A program made the position numbers and the translations under genes. From an uncultured Candidatus Saccharibacteria bacterium (GTDB lineage Bacteria > Patescibacteriota > Minisyncoccia > Phycocordibacterales > UBA9973), in the NCBI GenBank assembly GCA_964625065.1, contig CAZUZL010000002.1, forward strand, positions 58,067-122,066: 64,000 nucleotides of DNA. Direction: 5' to 3'. The notes below the pieces were generated by a model. That model saw only the letters and a list, made by a program, of their open reading frames with translations. It was not told the DNA's origin and did no database searches. This document shows positions 1 through 10,511 of the stretch, piece by piece (position 1 is the first letter of the stretch; each line of letters opens with the position of its first letter).

Positions 1-1450
1 GTTCCCCTACTTCAGTTTCAAGTCCGTTTGGAAAGTTTTCAAAAACAAAATTACAATGCGATTTTTTTATTGCATCAATAATTTCAATTTCAGTTGCATT
101 TACATTACCAAGGGTTATGATACTGCGCACTGTTCCGTTCGGAAATTCTGGTTTCTGAGGCACGTATGCAATGTGTTCACGCAAACAATGTTTAGGAATA
201 GAACTACATGGCACAGTACCTATGTGTATGTCGCCTTTTTGCACTTTTAGAAAACCAAGAAGTACGTTAACCAAAGTAGATTTACCACTGCCAGATTCGC
301 CAACTACACCGTAATGTCTGCCACCTAAAAAGTGGAAAGAAAAATCACGGATAACAGTTTGTTCTGAATCTTTACCAGCGTCAAAAGTAAAATCTACATG
401 TGACATAGTTATACTGTTGTCGTCTAAGATAATACCGTTTTGCGGAACCACATGTGATTCGCCTTCGTTCTGGTTGTTTTTGTCGTCCAGTATCTGTGCC
501 ATTTCATATGAACTAGCAAGTGCAGTACGTAGACGAAAGAAAGATTGACCGAAGTTAAACATAGAGTTCATTAACGTACCAATGTAAACTTGTACCATAA
601 CTGCCGTACCAATAGTTTCAGTTTTGTTTTGAACTGCCAGTACCATCTGATACATAACAACTATTTCAAGTCCGATCATCAGGAATTCCTGGATTGCCCA
701 TTGGTATTCGCCACATACCCATGCACGACGCGTTGCGTTCATTTCTTTTTCTGTACGTTTTTGAAAGTCAGCATATTTTTTAGGTGTACTGGCAAAAGAA
801 CGTAAATAAGAAACTGAATTTACAATACTACTGAAAAAACCCATTGTTTTAGAATCTTGTTCAGAAGCTTCTAAATCTAGCTTCATACGACGCCCTGAAA
901 AAAGGTACGTTATAAATACGAATACCAGAACCCACACCAAGAATATCGGTGCGATTTTCGGTATCGAATAGAACGAATAAACGAGCAGATAAACAACAAG
1001 GAAAAACGATGGTGTAATGGCAAATGTAAGGTGGTCTATTGTGTCTTCGGAATAGTTAGCAAACCTTTTTGATTTAGCAATAAGCCCGCCGATAGATGTG
1101 TTTTTAAAGAAAGAATAATTCTTCTTTAAAATACCTGAAAGCGTCGAGTCGCGAAGGTCTTTTATAACCCTGGATTCGGCAAATATCAAAGACCAGTGCG
1201 ACGCCCTTTTTAAAAGATACGAAACAACTACACATACGATTATCATCGTAAATGCAGGCCATGGGTTGCCACCAGATATTAACTGGTCGCACACAATTTT
1301 CCATTGTGAGGGTTTAAGCATAGCCGTAAAGTACGGCGCAAGATTGTAGCCAATAAAGGCTATTGATAGTAGTAATGCATTGTTTTTAAATGCATTTTTC
1401 CAGCCGCGCCACACTGTGGCAATAATGTTGGGTTTGGTTTTCTGATCCAT
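1..1450 (-). CDS. ABC transporter fused permease/ATP-binding protein (MsbA-like). Partial: the C-terminus runs off the window start.
   Basis: Hand translation of the minus strand from ATG at 1448-1450 gives MDQKTKPNIIATVWRGW. Several TM segments are followed by a Walker A GESGSGKST, encoded near 278-304. It is absent from the ORF track because no stop lies within the window. Confidence 0.7.
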   Translation of the reverse strand, partial: MDQKTKPNIIATVWRGWKNAFKNNALLLSIAFIGYNLAPYFTAMLKPSQWKIVCDQLISGGNPWPAFTMIIVCVVVSYLLKRASHWSLIFAESRVIKDLRDSTLSGILKKNYSFFKNTSIGGLIAKSKRFANYSEDTIDHLTFAITPSFFLVVYLLVYSFYSIPKIAPIFLVWVLVFVFITYLFSGRRMKLDLEASEQDSKTMGFFSSIVNSVSYLRSFASTPKKYADFQKRTEKEMNATRRAWVCGEYQWAIQEFLMIGLEIVVMYQMVLAVQNKTETIGTAVMVQVYIGTLMNSMFNFGQSFFRLRTALASSYEMAQILDDKNNQNEGESHVVPQNGIILDDNSITMSHVDFTFDAGKDSEQTVIRDFSFHFLGGRHYGVVGESGSGKSTLVNVLLGFLKVQKGDIHIGTVPCSSIPKHCLREHIAYVPQKPEFPNGTVRSIITLGNVNATEIEIIDAIKKSHCNFVFENFPNGLETEVGE

Positions 1451-1767
1451 TTTGTTGGGGGTTTAGAATGTTATTAAATTTTAAAGAATTGGAGATTAAA
1501 GAACTTGCTAAAACAAAAACCTGAGCTTATGTTTAGCTCAGGTTTCTCAATATTCCCCTGTTCAGGGATTAAGAAATCGACAGCCAAACACAAACGTGTT
1601 CCATAGCAAAAAATGAACCAACTAGACCAATTTGGCCTTCGGCACAGTTTGTATATGAAATTGATTTGTGTATATTTGTCATACCCTTATGTAGACGTAT
1701 GAAGTAGCTATATATTACAAGAACCACCTCCCCCTGCGGGTACTCCTCCTTGATTAAGAAGGAGATA

Positions 1768-1799
1768 TAAAAAACACCTTATTTTGTAAGGTGTTTTTT
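1768..1799 (-). terminator. Rho-independent terminator downstream of gltX.
   Basis: Hairpin aaaaaacacctta-ttttg-taaggtgtttttt with flanking T/A runs, immediately after the gltX stop. Confidence 0.6.
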
Positions 1800-1802
1800 A
1801 TA

Positions 1803-3185
1803 TTAACTTAGCAACAACTGTTCTGCGTTGCGGAGACGGGCCAATGTTTCTTCTTGACCCAGCACATATGCCAGTGTAAAAGGATCTGGGGATTTATCTG
1901 CACCTGAGAGTGCCACGCGCATAGGCCACAGTACGTCGCCACGGCCGACAGATTCGGCGTAGTCCCAGATAGCAGACTTTATAGTGTCTGCACTGGACCA
2001 GTCGGCAGATTCTAACATAGTGGCAACTTCACCCACTACTGCAGATAGATGTTCGTATTTAGTGTCTGCATCGACAAATTTTGTTTTCTTAAAGAAAAAC
2101 ATGTCGCGCACGTATTGTGGTGTGTCAAAGAAATATGCAAGTTCGCCGTCTGTCCACATAGTTTTTACATCAGCAAATTTAGCAATACGGTCGATGATGA
2201 TAGGTAAAACTTTTCGGAAACGGTCGGCACTGTACTGTGGTAAAGTCGAAGCCTCTAGTGGTAGATACTGTTCGACTAAAACATACTGTTGGTCGTGCGA
2301 AAGTTTTTTGATATGTTCGCGGTTTACCCAGTCGAGTTTTTCTGTGTTAAATATACCACCACCTGACTGAACACGTTCAATACTAAATGCCTGAATAAGT
2401 TCGGGCAATGTAAATATTTCTTGTTCAGTACCTGGGTTCCAACCTATTAATGCAAGGAAGTTTAACAAAGCTTCGGGCAAGTAGCCATGTTCGCGGTAGT
2501 CGAGTGTATTTGTTGCGCCGTTTCTTTTTGATAATTTTGTTCGGTCTGGTGCAAGTACAAGTGGTATGTGCGCATAAATAAATGGTGGAAAACCAAGAGC
2601 TTCACGGATAAGTATTTGTCTAGGTGTGTTTGAAAGATGTTCCTGTGCACGGATAATGTGTGTTATACCCATGTCGTGGTCGTCGACAACGTTTGCAAAA
2701 TGGAACATTGGCGAATTAAAGTCGCGAGCGATGATAAAGTCGCCCAGGTCTGTTGTATCTACAGACACGTCGCCACAAACTTGGTCGTTTACTGTTACAA
2801 CACGGCCAGGGTTTTTTAGACGGATAAGTTCTATCAGTACATCAGGGTTGTCTTTTGAAGGTTCGCTACTTGCGTATGCCTTACCTTCTTCAACCAACCT
2901 TTCTAAGTGGCCACGGTAAATTTCCTTTCTGTCGCTTTGTTTGTATAGTTCGTCGTATTCTAAACCAAGCCATTTGAAAGATTCTAATATAGCTTCGGTG
3001 GCTTCGTCTTTGTTGCGTGCTTCGTCAGTGTCTTCTATACGCAAGATAAATTTACCACCGTGTTTACGCGCGTAAAGGTAGTTGTATAGTGCAGTACGTA
3101 CCCCACCGATGTGCATGTTTCCAGTAGGACTGGGTGCAAAACGTGTTACGACTGGTTTACCAGCATTATTGTTGTCTGACATCAT
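1803..3185 (-). CDS. gltX: Glutamyl-tRNA synthetase.
   Basis: 460 aa. Class I HIGH-like motif (PSPTGNMHIGGVRTAL) and KMSKS-like TKLSKRNG. Confidence 0.85.
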   Translation of the reverse strand: MMSDNNNAGKPVVTRFAPSPTGNMHIGGVRTALYNYLYARKHGGKFILRIEDTDEARNKDEATEAILESFKWLGLEYDELYKQSDRKEIYRGHLERLVEEGKAYASSEPSKDNPDVLIELIRLKNPGRVVTVNDQVCGDVSVDTTDLGDFIIARDFNSPMFHFANVVDDHDMGITHIIRAQEHLSNTPRQILIREALGFPPFIYAHIPLVLAPDRTKLSKRNGATNTLDYREHGYLPEALLNFLALIGWNPGTEQEIFTLPELIQAFSIERVQSGGGIFNTEKLDWVNREHIKKLSHDQQYVLVEQYLPLEASTLPQYSADRFRKVLPIIIDRIAKFADVKTMWTDGELAYFFDTPQYVRDMFFFKKTKFVDADTKYEHLSAVVGEVATMLESADWSSADTIKSAIWDYAESVGRGDVLWPMRVALSGADKSPDPFTLAYVLGQEETLARLRNAEQLLLS

Positions 3186-3260
3186 AAGTCTATACTATAC
3201 CACAAAACCTGGAATTTTACGAGCTAGGACAATACAAATGTTTTGTAGTATAATACATAC

Positions 3261-3728
3261 ATGATAGAAAACTTTAACCAAAACTTAACTTCACAACGTG
3301 AAGCAGAAAACACCCAAGAAAATTCCCCTAGTAGAAACTGGGCAAATTTAACCAGCACTGACCTGATAGAACTACTGGGCAAACTGGGGCCTTTTGTAAA
3401 TGAAAATGGTACGTTAATACAAATGCCTGAACTAATGGTAAACGGCAATCTAGACAAAGACATGTTTGCAGGACTAATGACATACCACACACCTTCGTTC
3501 GAAACAGCAAATACCGAAACAGCTAACGAAGTTATAACATTTCTAGAAAAAGTAAATTCGAAACTAAGCAATGAAAATCTAACTGAAAGTATAGACCAAC
3601 TTAAAAATGATTCTGAAAAAATAGTTTCTGAACATGACGGCGAGAAATTTATGGAAAAGTCCTTTGGCATATACAACGAAATCTGGAACGAATACCTGGC
3701 ACCCAAAGAATACAAACCTAAAAATTAA
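3261..3728 (+). CDS. Hypothetical acidic protein.
   Basis: 155-aa ORF. TATAAT lies 6 nt upstream of the ATG (gtagTATAATacatacATG). A terminator hairpin follows at 3739-3761. Confidence 0.5.
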   Translation: MIENFNQNLTSQREAENTQENSPSRNWANLTSTDLIELLGKLGPFVNENGTLIQMPELMVNGNLDKDMFAGLMTYHTPSFETANTETANEVITFLEKVNSKLSNENLTESIDQLKNDSEKIVSEHDGEKFMEKSFGIYNEIWNEYLAPKEYKPKN

Positions 3729-3738
3729 TACAATAAAT

Positions 3739-3761
3739 AAAACCCAGTGAATCTGGGTTTT
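3739..3761. terminator. Bidirectional terminator hairpin between the 3261 ORF and murG.
   Basis: aaaacccagtgaatctgggtttt with A/T runs on both sides. Confidence 0.6.
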
Positions 3762-3776
3762 ATTTATTTCTATACC

Positions 3777-4907
3777 CTATTCGTGCATGTCAGCTACGTC
3801 GTACACGGCGCGGGCTATTAACATGGATGCGTCGGTTTTAGCAAACTTGGTTGCGGCGGCGGCCATGGCGTCGTATTTGTCTTTATGGTCTATTATTTCG
3901 TCGATGGCGTGTATTAGTTCTACTGGTTGTAGGTTGTTTTCTTCTAACACTGTACACGCACCAGCACGGGCGTAGTTGTAGGCGTTTTTACGTTGGTGGT
4001 CGCCATTAGAAACACTAATGGGTACTATAACTGAAGGCAAACCCCATGTAGCTATTTCAAATATTGTAGACCCAGCGCGAGACACAACAATGTTTGCAGA
4101 ACCTGCGGCCATCTTCATACCCAAGGCTTCTAAATATGCAAATGGTTTATAACGGTTTTTATGTTCACTGTCTTTTAAGACAACGCCTGATGTACCTTTA
4201 ACTTCGTCAAAATTTTTAACACCAACCTGGTGTACAACTTGGTATTTCTTAACCAGTTCGGGTAGTGCCTGTACAACAGTATCGTTGATAATAGTTGCCC
4301 CTTGTGAACCACCTGTAATAAATATAACTGGTGTGTGTACCTCGAGGCCCAGGTATTCGCGGGCGCCATTTAGCGTAGGTTTAGTTATGGTGCTACGCAT
4401 TGGTTGGCCTGTCCATGCAACACGTGTACCAGACGGGTCTAATATAGCGGCAACGTCTGGGTACGACACGGCTATGCGTGTAGCAAACTTGGCAGACCAG
4501 CGTGTTACACGGCCCGGCGCCGAGTCTGATTCGTGTATAACTACTGGTATGCGTAGTATGCGTGCTGCCACTAGTGCTGGAAAACTAGCGTAACAACCTT
4601 TAGAAAAAACAACATCTGGGTAAATAAGGAACATTTTCCATAAAGCTATAAATATACCAGACGCTGTTTTAAAAATATCAAAGAAATTTTGTATGGAAAA
4701 ATATATGCGTAGTTTACCAGCAGGCACACTAACAAACTGCAAACCAACTTCGTCTAATACGCGTTGGTTGTATGGGCTGTTAGACATATAATACATTTTT
4801 ACGTCTACAAGTTTTTCAGCATCAACTATTTCGCGTAGTTTTTCTGCTACTGCTATTATGGGGTAAACATGCCCCCCTGAACCACCACCTGTAAAAAGTA
4901 TTTTCAT
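3777..4907 (-). CDS. murG: UDP-N-acetylglucosamine--N-acetylmuramyl-(pentapeptide) pyrophosphoryl-undecaprenol N-acetylglucosamine transferase.
   Basis: 376 aa with a GT28 G-loop MKILFTGGGSGGHVYP. Sits in a murG-ftsW-mraY array. Confidence 0.85.
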   Translation of the reverse strand: MKILFTGGGSGGHVYPIIAVAEKLREIVDAEKLVDVKMYYMSNSPYNQRVLDEVGLQFVSVPAGKLRIYFSIQNFFDIFKTASGIFIALWKMFLIYPDVVFSKGCYASFPALVAARILRIPVVIHESDSAPGRVTRWSAKFATRIAVSYPDVAAILDPSGTRVAWTGQPMRSTITKPTLNGAREYLGLEVHTPVIFITGGSQGATIINDTVVQALPELVKKYQVVHQVGVKNFDEVKGTSGVVLKDSEHKNRYKPFAYLEALGMKMAAGSANIVVSRAGSTIFEIATWGLPSVIVPISVSNGDHQRKNAYNYARAGACTVLEENNLQPVELIHAIDEIIDHKDKYDAMAAAATKFAKTDASMLIARAVYDVADMHE

Positions 4908-4917
4908 AATATAGATA

Positions 4918-6027
4918 TTATACCGCCTTCTTTTGAAAACGTGAAATGTTAAGTATTATACCGATCAGTGCCAAAGAAAACGCTAACGATGTACCACCCT
5001 GACTGATAAACACCAATGGCACCCCTGTTAGTGGGAACAAACCAAGTATAGATGCAATGTTTAGGAATGACTGTGCTGTAAGCATTATAACTGCCCCGGC
5101 AACAAACAACTGGGCAAATGTGTCTGGTGCGTTACGTGCTATACGCAAACCACGCAACAAAAACGCACTGTATAACAAAACTATAAGTGTACAACCGACG
5201 AAACCAATCTCCTCACCCATTACGGCAAAAATAGAGTCACCTTGGGGTTCGGGCAAGTAGCTAAACTTTTGTACGCTTTGTCCATAACCACGACCAAACA
5301 CACCACCAGAACCCACCGCTATTAGCCCCTGTTGTAACTGATACGACGAACCAGATGGGTCGCGTGAAGGGTCTAGGAATGTAAACATACGATCCTTCAG
5401 ATATGGTTTATACATTAGTAATGCACCTAAACCTAAGATTAATATACCCATGGTTAAGAAAAGTTGTTTCCAAGGCACACCAGCTATAAGCAACATGCCC
5501 AGTGCAGCTGCGGCCATAAGCATAAAGCTTTTTGTGTCTGGCTGGCGGAAAAGTACAGCAGCAACAATACCCAACATTAGTACCAGTGGTATAATGCCAA
5601 ATTTTAAACCATTAACTTTGTCTTTGACCCAAGAAAGCCAACCTGCAAAATACATTATAAAAGCAATTTTAAGAAGTTCGGCTGGCTGAAAAGAAACAGG
5701 CCCCAGAGACAGCCACCGTGTTGCCCCACCGTGGCGCATACCTAACCCTGGTACAAATACCAGTGCAGTAACAGCAATAGAACCAAGGAATAAATAAAAA
5801 GAATATTTACGCCACCACAGATATGGAACTTTTAATGTTGCCCACAGTAGTATACCGCCACCAACTACACCTAGTGCAAACTGACTGAACAAAACGTTCC
5901 AGAATTTACCTTGAGATTTAGCAAACACACCGAACGATGCAGATACAAAGAAAAACAAACCTAACACAACTAGTGCTATAACGATACCAAAAAATATTTT
6001 ATCGAAAGGTTTGTTTTTTATTTGCAT
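4918..6027 (-). CDS. ftsW: SEDS-family cell division protein FtsW.
   Basis: 369-aa polytopic membrane protein between mraY and murG. Confidence 0.8.
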   Translation of the reverse strand: MQIKNKPFDKIFFGIVIALVVLGLFFFVSASFGVFAKSQGKFWNVLFSQFALGVVGGGILLWATLKVPYLWWRKYSFYLFLGSIAVTALVFVPGLGMRHGGATRWLSLGPVSFQPAELLKIAFIMYFAGWLSWVKDKVNGLKFGIIPLVLMLGIVAAVLFRQPDTKSFMLMAAAALGMLLIAGVPWKQLFLTMGILILGLGALLMYKPYLKDRMFTFLDPSRDPSGSSYQLQQGLIAVGSGGVFGRGYGQSVQKFSYLPEPQGDSIFAVMGEEIGFVGCTLIVLLYSAFLLRGLRIARNAPDTFAQLFVAGAVIMLTAQSFLNIASILGLFPLTGVPLVFISQGGTSLAFSLALIGIILNISRFQKKAV

Positions 6028-6045
6028 ATCTAATTTTTAAAAACT

Positions 6046-7110
6046 TTAGCTCATCAATGTAATAATAGTTCCTATTGCTGCAGCAAATATAGACATGATC
6101 CAGTAACGCATGGTTACTGCGGGACGCGACCAGCCTTTGGCTTCAAAATGGTGGTGTATAGGTGCCACAAGGAATATGCGTTTTTTATTAAAATATTTGT
6201 ACGACACCATTTGTGCAAAAGAAGAAAATGCCGTCATAGCCAGTGGAAAACCGATAATTAGAAATGGCAGTACTGCGTCTGTTAGAAATGCAATAACTGA
6301 CAACGTTACAGTTAGCCCCACCATACCTGTTTCGCCCATGTAGAATTTGGCTGGTGGCACATTGAACCATAGAAATACCAGAACAGAGCCACCGACTACT
6401 GCAGAGAACGCTGCCAAGTCTACTTGGTTATGGAAATACGCAATTACAGCATAAGCAAAAAATATTGGTACCATTACCCCACCAGCCAGCCCGTCGATAC
6501 CGTCGATAACTGAAGAAGAAAATATAGCCAACGTCACAGTGATAAAAAATGGTATAAACAACAAGCCCATGTTTAGCTGCCCGTCGAAAGGTATATGTAT
6601 ACCAGTAATACCAAGTTTAAATACAAACCATAAACTAACTAACAAACTAATAAATACTATTAAACCTATTTTAATTCTTCTGTTTGAAATAGCGTCGTTG
6701 GCATAACTACCAGTACCATATATCTGTACCAAGTCGTCGAACAGGCCAAGTATAGAAGAAAATATAAGCACAGCAAACGGTACCAGCGTCTGGTTTCTAG
6801 AAAGGAAGCTAAGTTTGTCTAATGTTACCGAAGGTATAACTAATGACAATATGTATAAACCAAGTATAACAATACTAACAGATGCCCATATAACAATGCC
6901 GCCTACACGTGGTGTAGAAAGTTCGTCTTTTTCATTGTGTAGTTCGCGAAAAGTATTGTTAGTTATGGTTTGGTCGGCAACGTCAGAACGGCTTTTACGT
7001 TTCCACAACCTTTGTTTTATAAACAAACGTATTAGCGGTGGCGTAATAACAAATCCTGTTATAAAGGCTAGTACGACTGGTAATAAAATTTTTACTGCAT
7101 TGGTAACCAT
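6046..7110 (-). CDS. mraY: Phospho-N-acetylmuramoyl-pentapeptide transferase.
   Basis: 354-aa membrane protein with a C-terminal HHHFE motif (VAPIHHHFEAKGW) typical of MraY. Confidence 0.85.
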   Translation of the reverse strand: MVTNAVKILLPVVLAFITGFVITPPLIRLFIKQRLWKRKSRSDVADQTITNNTFRELHNEKDELSTPRVGGIVIWASVSIVILGLYILSLVIPSVTLDKLSFLSRNQTLVPFAVLIFSSILGLFDDLVQIYGTGSYANDAISNRRIKIGLIVFISLLVSLWFVFKLGITGIHIPFDGQLNMGLLFIPFFITVTLAIFSSSVIDGIDGLAGGVMVPIFFAYAVIAYFHNQVDLAAFSAVVGGSVLVFLWFNVPPAKFYMGETGMVGLTVTLSVIAFLTDAVLPFLIIGFPLAMTAFSSFAQMVSYKYFNKKRIFLVAPIHHHFEAKGWSRPAVTMRYWIMSIFAAAIGTIITLMS

Positions 7111-7176
7111 ATATGTTTAGTTGTTAGTTTATAGTGAATAGTTTTTATACTTCGAACAGATTTTAATTTAGACTTT

Positions 7177-7743
7177 TTACGGAAGTTCTTCTGTAACCTG
7201 TAAACTGTCAGCTGTAACCTCTTCTACTATGCCTTGTAATTTAGCTTCTATAGTTTCGCGGTCGGGCAAGTTTTGTACAGAATCTACACCCATATATGTT
7301 AGCAACTGAGCAGTGGGTTCGTATATAAACGAACGGTTGTCTGACGGGTTTGTTTTCTTTTCTATCAGACCACGCATGGTTAGTGTGCGTAATATAAAAC
7401 TGGACTGCACACCGCGGATAAAGTCTATGTCAGGCCGAGATGCATGTTTTTTATAAAGTATAATTGCCAGTGTTTCGAGTGCGGCCTTAGAAAGTTCCTT
7501 TTGGTCAGAATGTTTTTGTTCTGATGCTATAAATTCTGATAGCTGTGGGTCTGTGCCTAACATGTATGTGTCGCCAGCTATAACTAAAACCAATCCACTT
7601 TCTAAAAGGTGGTTTTGTAGTTCTGAAAATACATCTGTAAAACCTTCTACTGATACACCTATAGATTCTGCTAACGAAACCGCCGACTGTGGGTCGTTTT
7701 CGATAAAAAGCAATGTTAGTAGTTTTTGTGCGTTTAAAGTCAT
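7177..7743 (-). CDS. scpB: Segregation and condensation protein B.
   Basis: 188 aa, adjacent downstream of scpA. Winged-helix ScpB-like. Confidence 0.7.
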   Translation of the reverse strand: MTLNAQKLLTLLFIENDPQSAVSLAESIGVSVEGFTDVFSELQNHLLESGLVLVIAGDTYMLGTDPQLSEFIASEQKHSDQKELSKAALETLAIILYKKHASRPDIDFIRGVQSSFILRTLTMRGLIEKKTNPSDNRSFIYEPTAQLLTYMGVDSVQNLPDRETIEAKLQGIVEEVTADSLQVTEELP

Positions 7744-7747
7744 ATAT

Positions 7748-8518
7748 TTACTGGGTTATTATATCATTTATTGTTGTATTTTCCACGGATGGTTTTGTTC
7801 TAGAAAAATGCATGTCGTCGAAAGTGTTATGCTGTACTACAGACAGTATGCCGTTACGCACCATTTCTAATAGTGCCAGGAATGATACTATGGCGTGTAC
7901 TTTTTCTGTTTTAGTTTTAGGTGTACCAGTTAAGTTACGAAAAGACATTGTCATTTCGTTTTGTATACGGTCTGTTAGACTATTCATAACTTCTTCGATA
8001 GACATTATACGTTCTGCCTTTACCTGTGGTAACACTTCTTTTTTCGGCACACTGGCCATAACACCACCTAACAATGCGTGCAGGTTTGCCACAGTTATAC
8101 CAGCGTCGGGTGTAAACACTATTACTTTTTTAATACGGCCACCAGCACCGGGGCGTATGTAGTAGGGCGACTTTAGCATACTACGCACATGTACACTGCC
8201 TTCGCGGGCAGCTTGGTAACGACGTAGTCTGTCTTCTAGGTCTACTATACTTTCTTTTTCTTCTGTAGTTAACGACAAACCTGGTAGTAGTGCTCGGGAT
8301 TTAATAAGTAGCAATGTTGCAGCAACAGACAAAAATGCAGTACTGTCGTCCAGGCTTTGACCGACGTTTTCTGTGGCCATGTTGCGAATGTGGTTTAGGT
8401 AGTCTTCGGTAACGGCGGCTAAAGCTAGTTCATTGATAAAAAGCTTACGTTTTTCGACGAGTTCTAAAAGTATTTCGAGTGGGCCTTCGAACTGACCTGT
8501 ACGAACGGTATATGACAT
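7748..8518 (-). CDS. scpA: Segregation and condensation protein A.
   Basis: 256 aa with ScpA-like N-terminus (FEGPLEILLELVEKRKL). TATAAT lies 6 nt before the ATG. Confidence 0.75.
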   Translation of the reverse strand: MSYTVRTGQFEGPLEILLELVEKRKLFINELALAAVTEDYLNHIRNMATENVGQSLDDSTAFLSVAATLLLIKSRALLPGLSLTTEEKESIVDLEDRLRRYQAAREGSVHVRSMLKSPYYIRPGAGGRIKKVIVFTPDAGITVANLHALLGGVMASVPKKEVLPQVKAERIMSIEEVMNSLTDRIQNEMTMSFRNLTGTPKTKTEKVHAIVSFLALLEMVRNGILSVVQHNTFDDMHFSRTKPSVENTTINDIITQ

Positions 8519-8555
8519 AAGTGTATTATACTGTTTTTAACACTTCCCTGATATG

Positions 8556-8584
8556 TTGACTTTATTCCATTTTGGTGCTATAAT
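8556..8584 (+). promoter_or_regulatory. Sigma70-type promoter with TGn-extended -10.
   Basis: -35 TTGACT at 8556-8561, a 17-nt spacer, then tgcTATAAT at 8579-8584. It drives the 8613 ORF. Confidence 0.6.
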
Positions 8585-8612
8585 ACCAGTAAGCACAAAT
8601 CGCAAATTAAAA

Positions 8613-8933
8613 ATGAGTATAATATCAATCGACACAAAAATTCCTGTTCTGACAGAACTATTAGATAAGGATCTATTGAAACTCAAAGACGAGTTCATTG
8701 AGATAATCAGATCAAGTAAGAATAGTACTACTCCTGAACATGTTGGAGCGAACTTTCTAAACAACTACGATCTGATCAATGGAGAAATCCGAAATCGGGT
8801 TGAAAAACTTGAAAAAAAATACGAAAGCATGTCCGAAGAGGAACTTGAAAAACTTCGCGACGAAGCTGATAAAGACTGGGAAACCAATTATATCGAACTT
8901 TGCGCGTTGCATTTTTCACCTGGACTTTTTTAG
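8613..8933 (+). CDS. Hypothetical protein (106 aa from internal Met MSIISIDTK).
   Basis: The ORF-track start at 8553 lies upstream of the predicted TSS, so I used the next ATG at 8613. It is the only plus-strand gene in a long minus-strand array. Confidence 0.45.
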   Translation: MSIISIDTKIPVLTELLDKDLLKLKDEFIEIIRSSKNSTTPEHVGANFLNNYDLINGEIRNRVEKLEKKYESMSEEELEKLRDEADKDWETNYIELCALHFSPGLF

Positions 8934-8953
8934 TAACAATGATTCAGAATGCA

Positions 8954-8988
8954 AAAAACCGTTCCTATACGTAGTAACGGTTTTTTTA
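8954..8988. terminator. Bidirectional terminator shared by the 8613 ORF and aspS.
   Basis: aaaaaaccgttcctatacgtagtaacggttttttt. Confidence 0.55.
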
Positions 8989-8994
8989 TTTTTA

Positions 8995-10431
8995 TTACTT
9001 CTGTATATCTACCTTTATAGAAAGTTCGCGAAGTTGTTTGTTAGATATTTCTGTTGGTGATTCCATCATCAGATCCTTCGCCTCACCTGTTTTAGGGAAA
9101 GCTATAACTTCACGTATGTTTGGTTCGCCTTCTAGTAACATCATCAAACGGTCAAAGCCCCAGGCAATACCACCATGTGGCGGTGTACCAGAACCAAGGG
9201 CGTCTAACATATGGCCAAAGTTTTTCTGTATGTTTTCGTCTGTATGGCCGATAATGTTTAGAACTTGTTTTAGGGCTTCTGGTTGGTGGTTACGTATACT
9301 ACCACCACCTATTTCGTAACCGTTCATGGTTATGTCGTATTGGGTTGTCAGAATTTGGCCAATGTCTTTTTTATCCATTAGATTTTGCATGTGTTCTGGT
9401 ATCGGTGCAGAAAACGGGTTATGGGTAAATGTCCATTCACCTTCTACGTCAGGGTTATCAGAAGTTTTTGTACTTTCGAAAAATGGAAAGTCTACAACCC
9501 AACAAAATGCTAACAAGTTAGCATCTGTTTTGTCAGTGCGTATATCTGGTCTGTCGTTACCGTATTTTTCCATTGCTTCTTTATATGAAATACGCGGGAA
9601 TGGAATTTGTTGTATCTTTTTCTCTGGGTAGAACTTTTGCACAATGTCTATTAACAACTGTTCGTTTACTGCCATTACGTCTTCTTTACTTACAAAAGAC
9701 ATTTCCATATCTATCTGAGTAAATTCTGGTTGTCTGTCACCACGACTGTCTTCGTCACGTAGACATTTTGCAACTTGGAAGTAACGTTCTACACCACCTG
9801 CCATTAGCAACTGTTTGTATTGTTGTGGTGACTGTGGCAATGCATAAAATGTACCTGGGTAAAGGCGGGCTGGCACCACAAAGTCACGGGCACCTTCGGG
9901 TGTAGACTTGGTTAGTAGTGGTGTTTCTATTTCAATAAAGTTTTGACTGTCTAGGTAGTTACGTATATATGTTGCAACTTTATGTCTGTTGCGTAAGTTT
10001 TTCTGTAAACGTGGACGGCGCATATCTAGGTAGCGGTATGTTAAACGAACTTCTTCGCCTATTTCATGGCCGTCTGTAGAAATGTCGAAACGTGGTGTTG
10101 TTGCCATGTTCAACACCTCGATGTTTAGGACTTCAAGTTCAATGTCGCCGTTTACTATGTCGGCTTTAATGTTTTTTTCAGGGCGTTTGTTAACTTTACC
10201 TAATACAGACACTACCCATTCTGGGCGGACTGTTTTAGCAGTTTCAATAGCGGCAGATGCTGGTAATACAACAGACTGTATTTTACCAGACATGTCGCGC
10301 AGGTCCATAAATACCATTTTACCTTGGTCGCGACGGATATCTATCCACCCGCAAATAGTAACTTCCTGGTCTATATACCCTGCCAAATCCTTTATATATG
10401 TGCGTTTCATAATGTGGTCAGTATAGCACAA
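8995..10431 (-). CDS. aspS: Aspartyl-tRNA synthetase, short form lacking the GAD insertion.
   Basis: 478 aa with an N-terminal OB fold and class II motifs (FRDEDSRGDRQPEFTQID, GGGSIR). Confidence 0.85.
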   Translation of the reverse strand: MCYTDHIMKRTYIKDLAGYIDQEVTICGWIDIRRDQGKMVFMDLRDMSGKIQSVVLPASAAIETAKTVRPEWVVSVLGKVNKRPEKNIKADIVNGDIELEVLNIEVLNMATTPRFDISTDGHEIGEEVRLTYRYLDMRRPRLQKNLRNRHKVATYIRNYLDSQNFIEIETPLLTKSTPEGARDFVVPARLYPGTFYALPQSPQQYKQLLMAGGVERYFQVAKCLRDEDSRGDRQPEFTQIDMEMSFVSKEDVMAVNEQLLIDIVQKFYPEKKIQQIPFPRISYKEAMEKYGNDRPDIRTDKTDANLLAFCWVVDFPFFESTKTSDNPDVEGEWTFTHNPFSAPIPEHMQNLMDKKDIGQILTTQYDITMNGYEIGGGSIRNHQPEALKQVLNIIGHTDENIQKNFGHMLDALGSGTPPHGGIAWGFDRLMMLLEGEPNIREVIAFPKTGEAKDLMMESPTEISNKQLRELSIKVDIQK

Positions 10432-10511
10432 CGAACCTATTTTGTGAAAAACAAAACTCTATTGCTATAAAACAATAGAGTTTGAAAAGTTTAAAAATAA
10501 AAAACAAAATC

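Noticed and set aside
1741-1775. aagaaggagatata, which looks like a textbook vector RBS, between gltX and the ABC transporter gene.
   Set aside because: No ORF follows it on either strand. It is probably coincidental, since it overlaps the gltX terminator region.
1984-2370. Plus-strand ORFs (1984-2370, 2626-2919 and others) inside gltX. Similar antisense ORFs sit inside dnaE (34619-35221, 35597-36019), secD (55349-55891), the T9SS-CTD gene (49918-50466) and the pfkB-like gene (26323-26715).
   Set aside because: They are shadow ORFs on the opposite strand of well-supported long genes, with low-complexity or Cys/Ser-rich translations.
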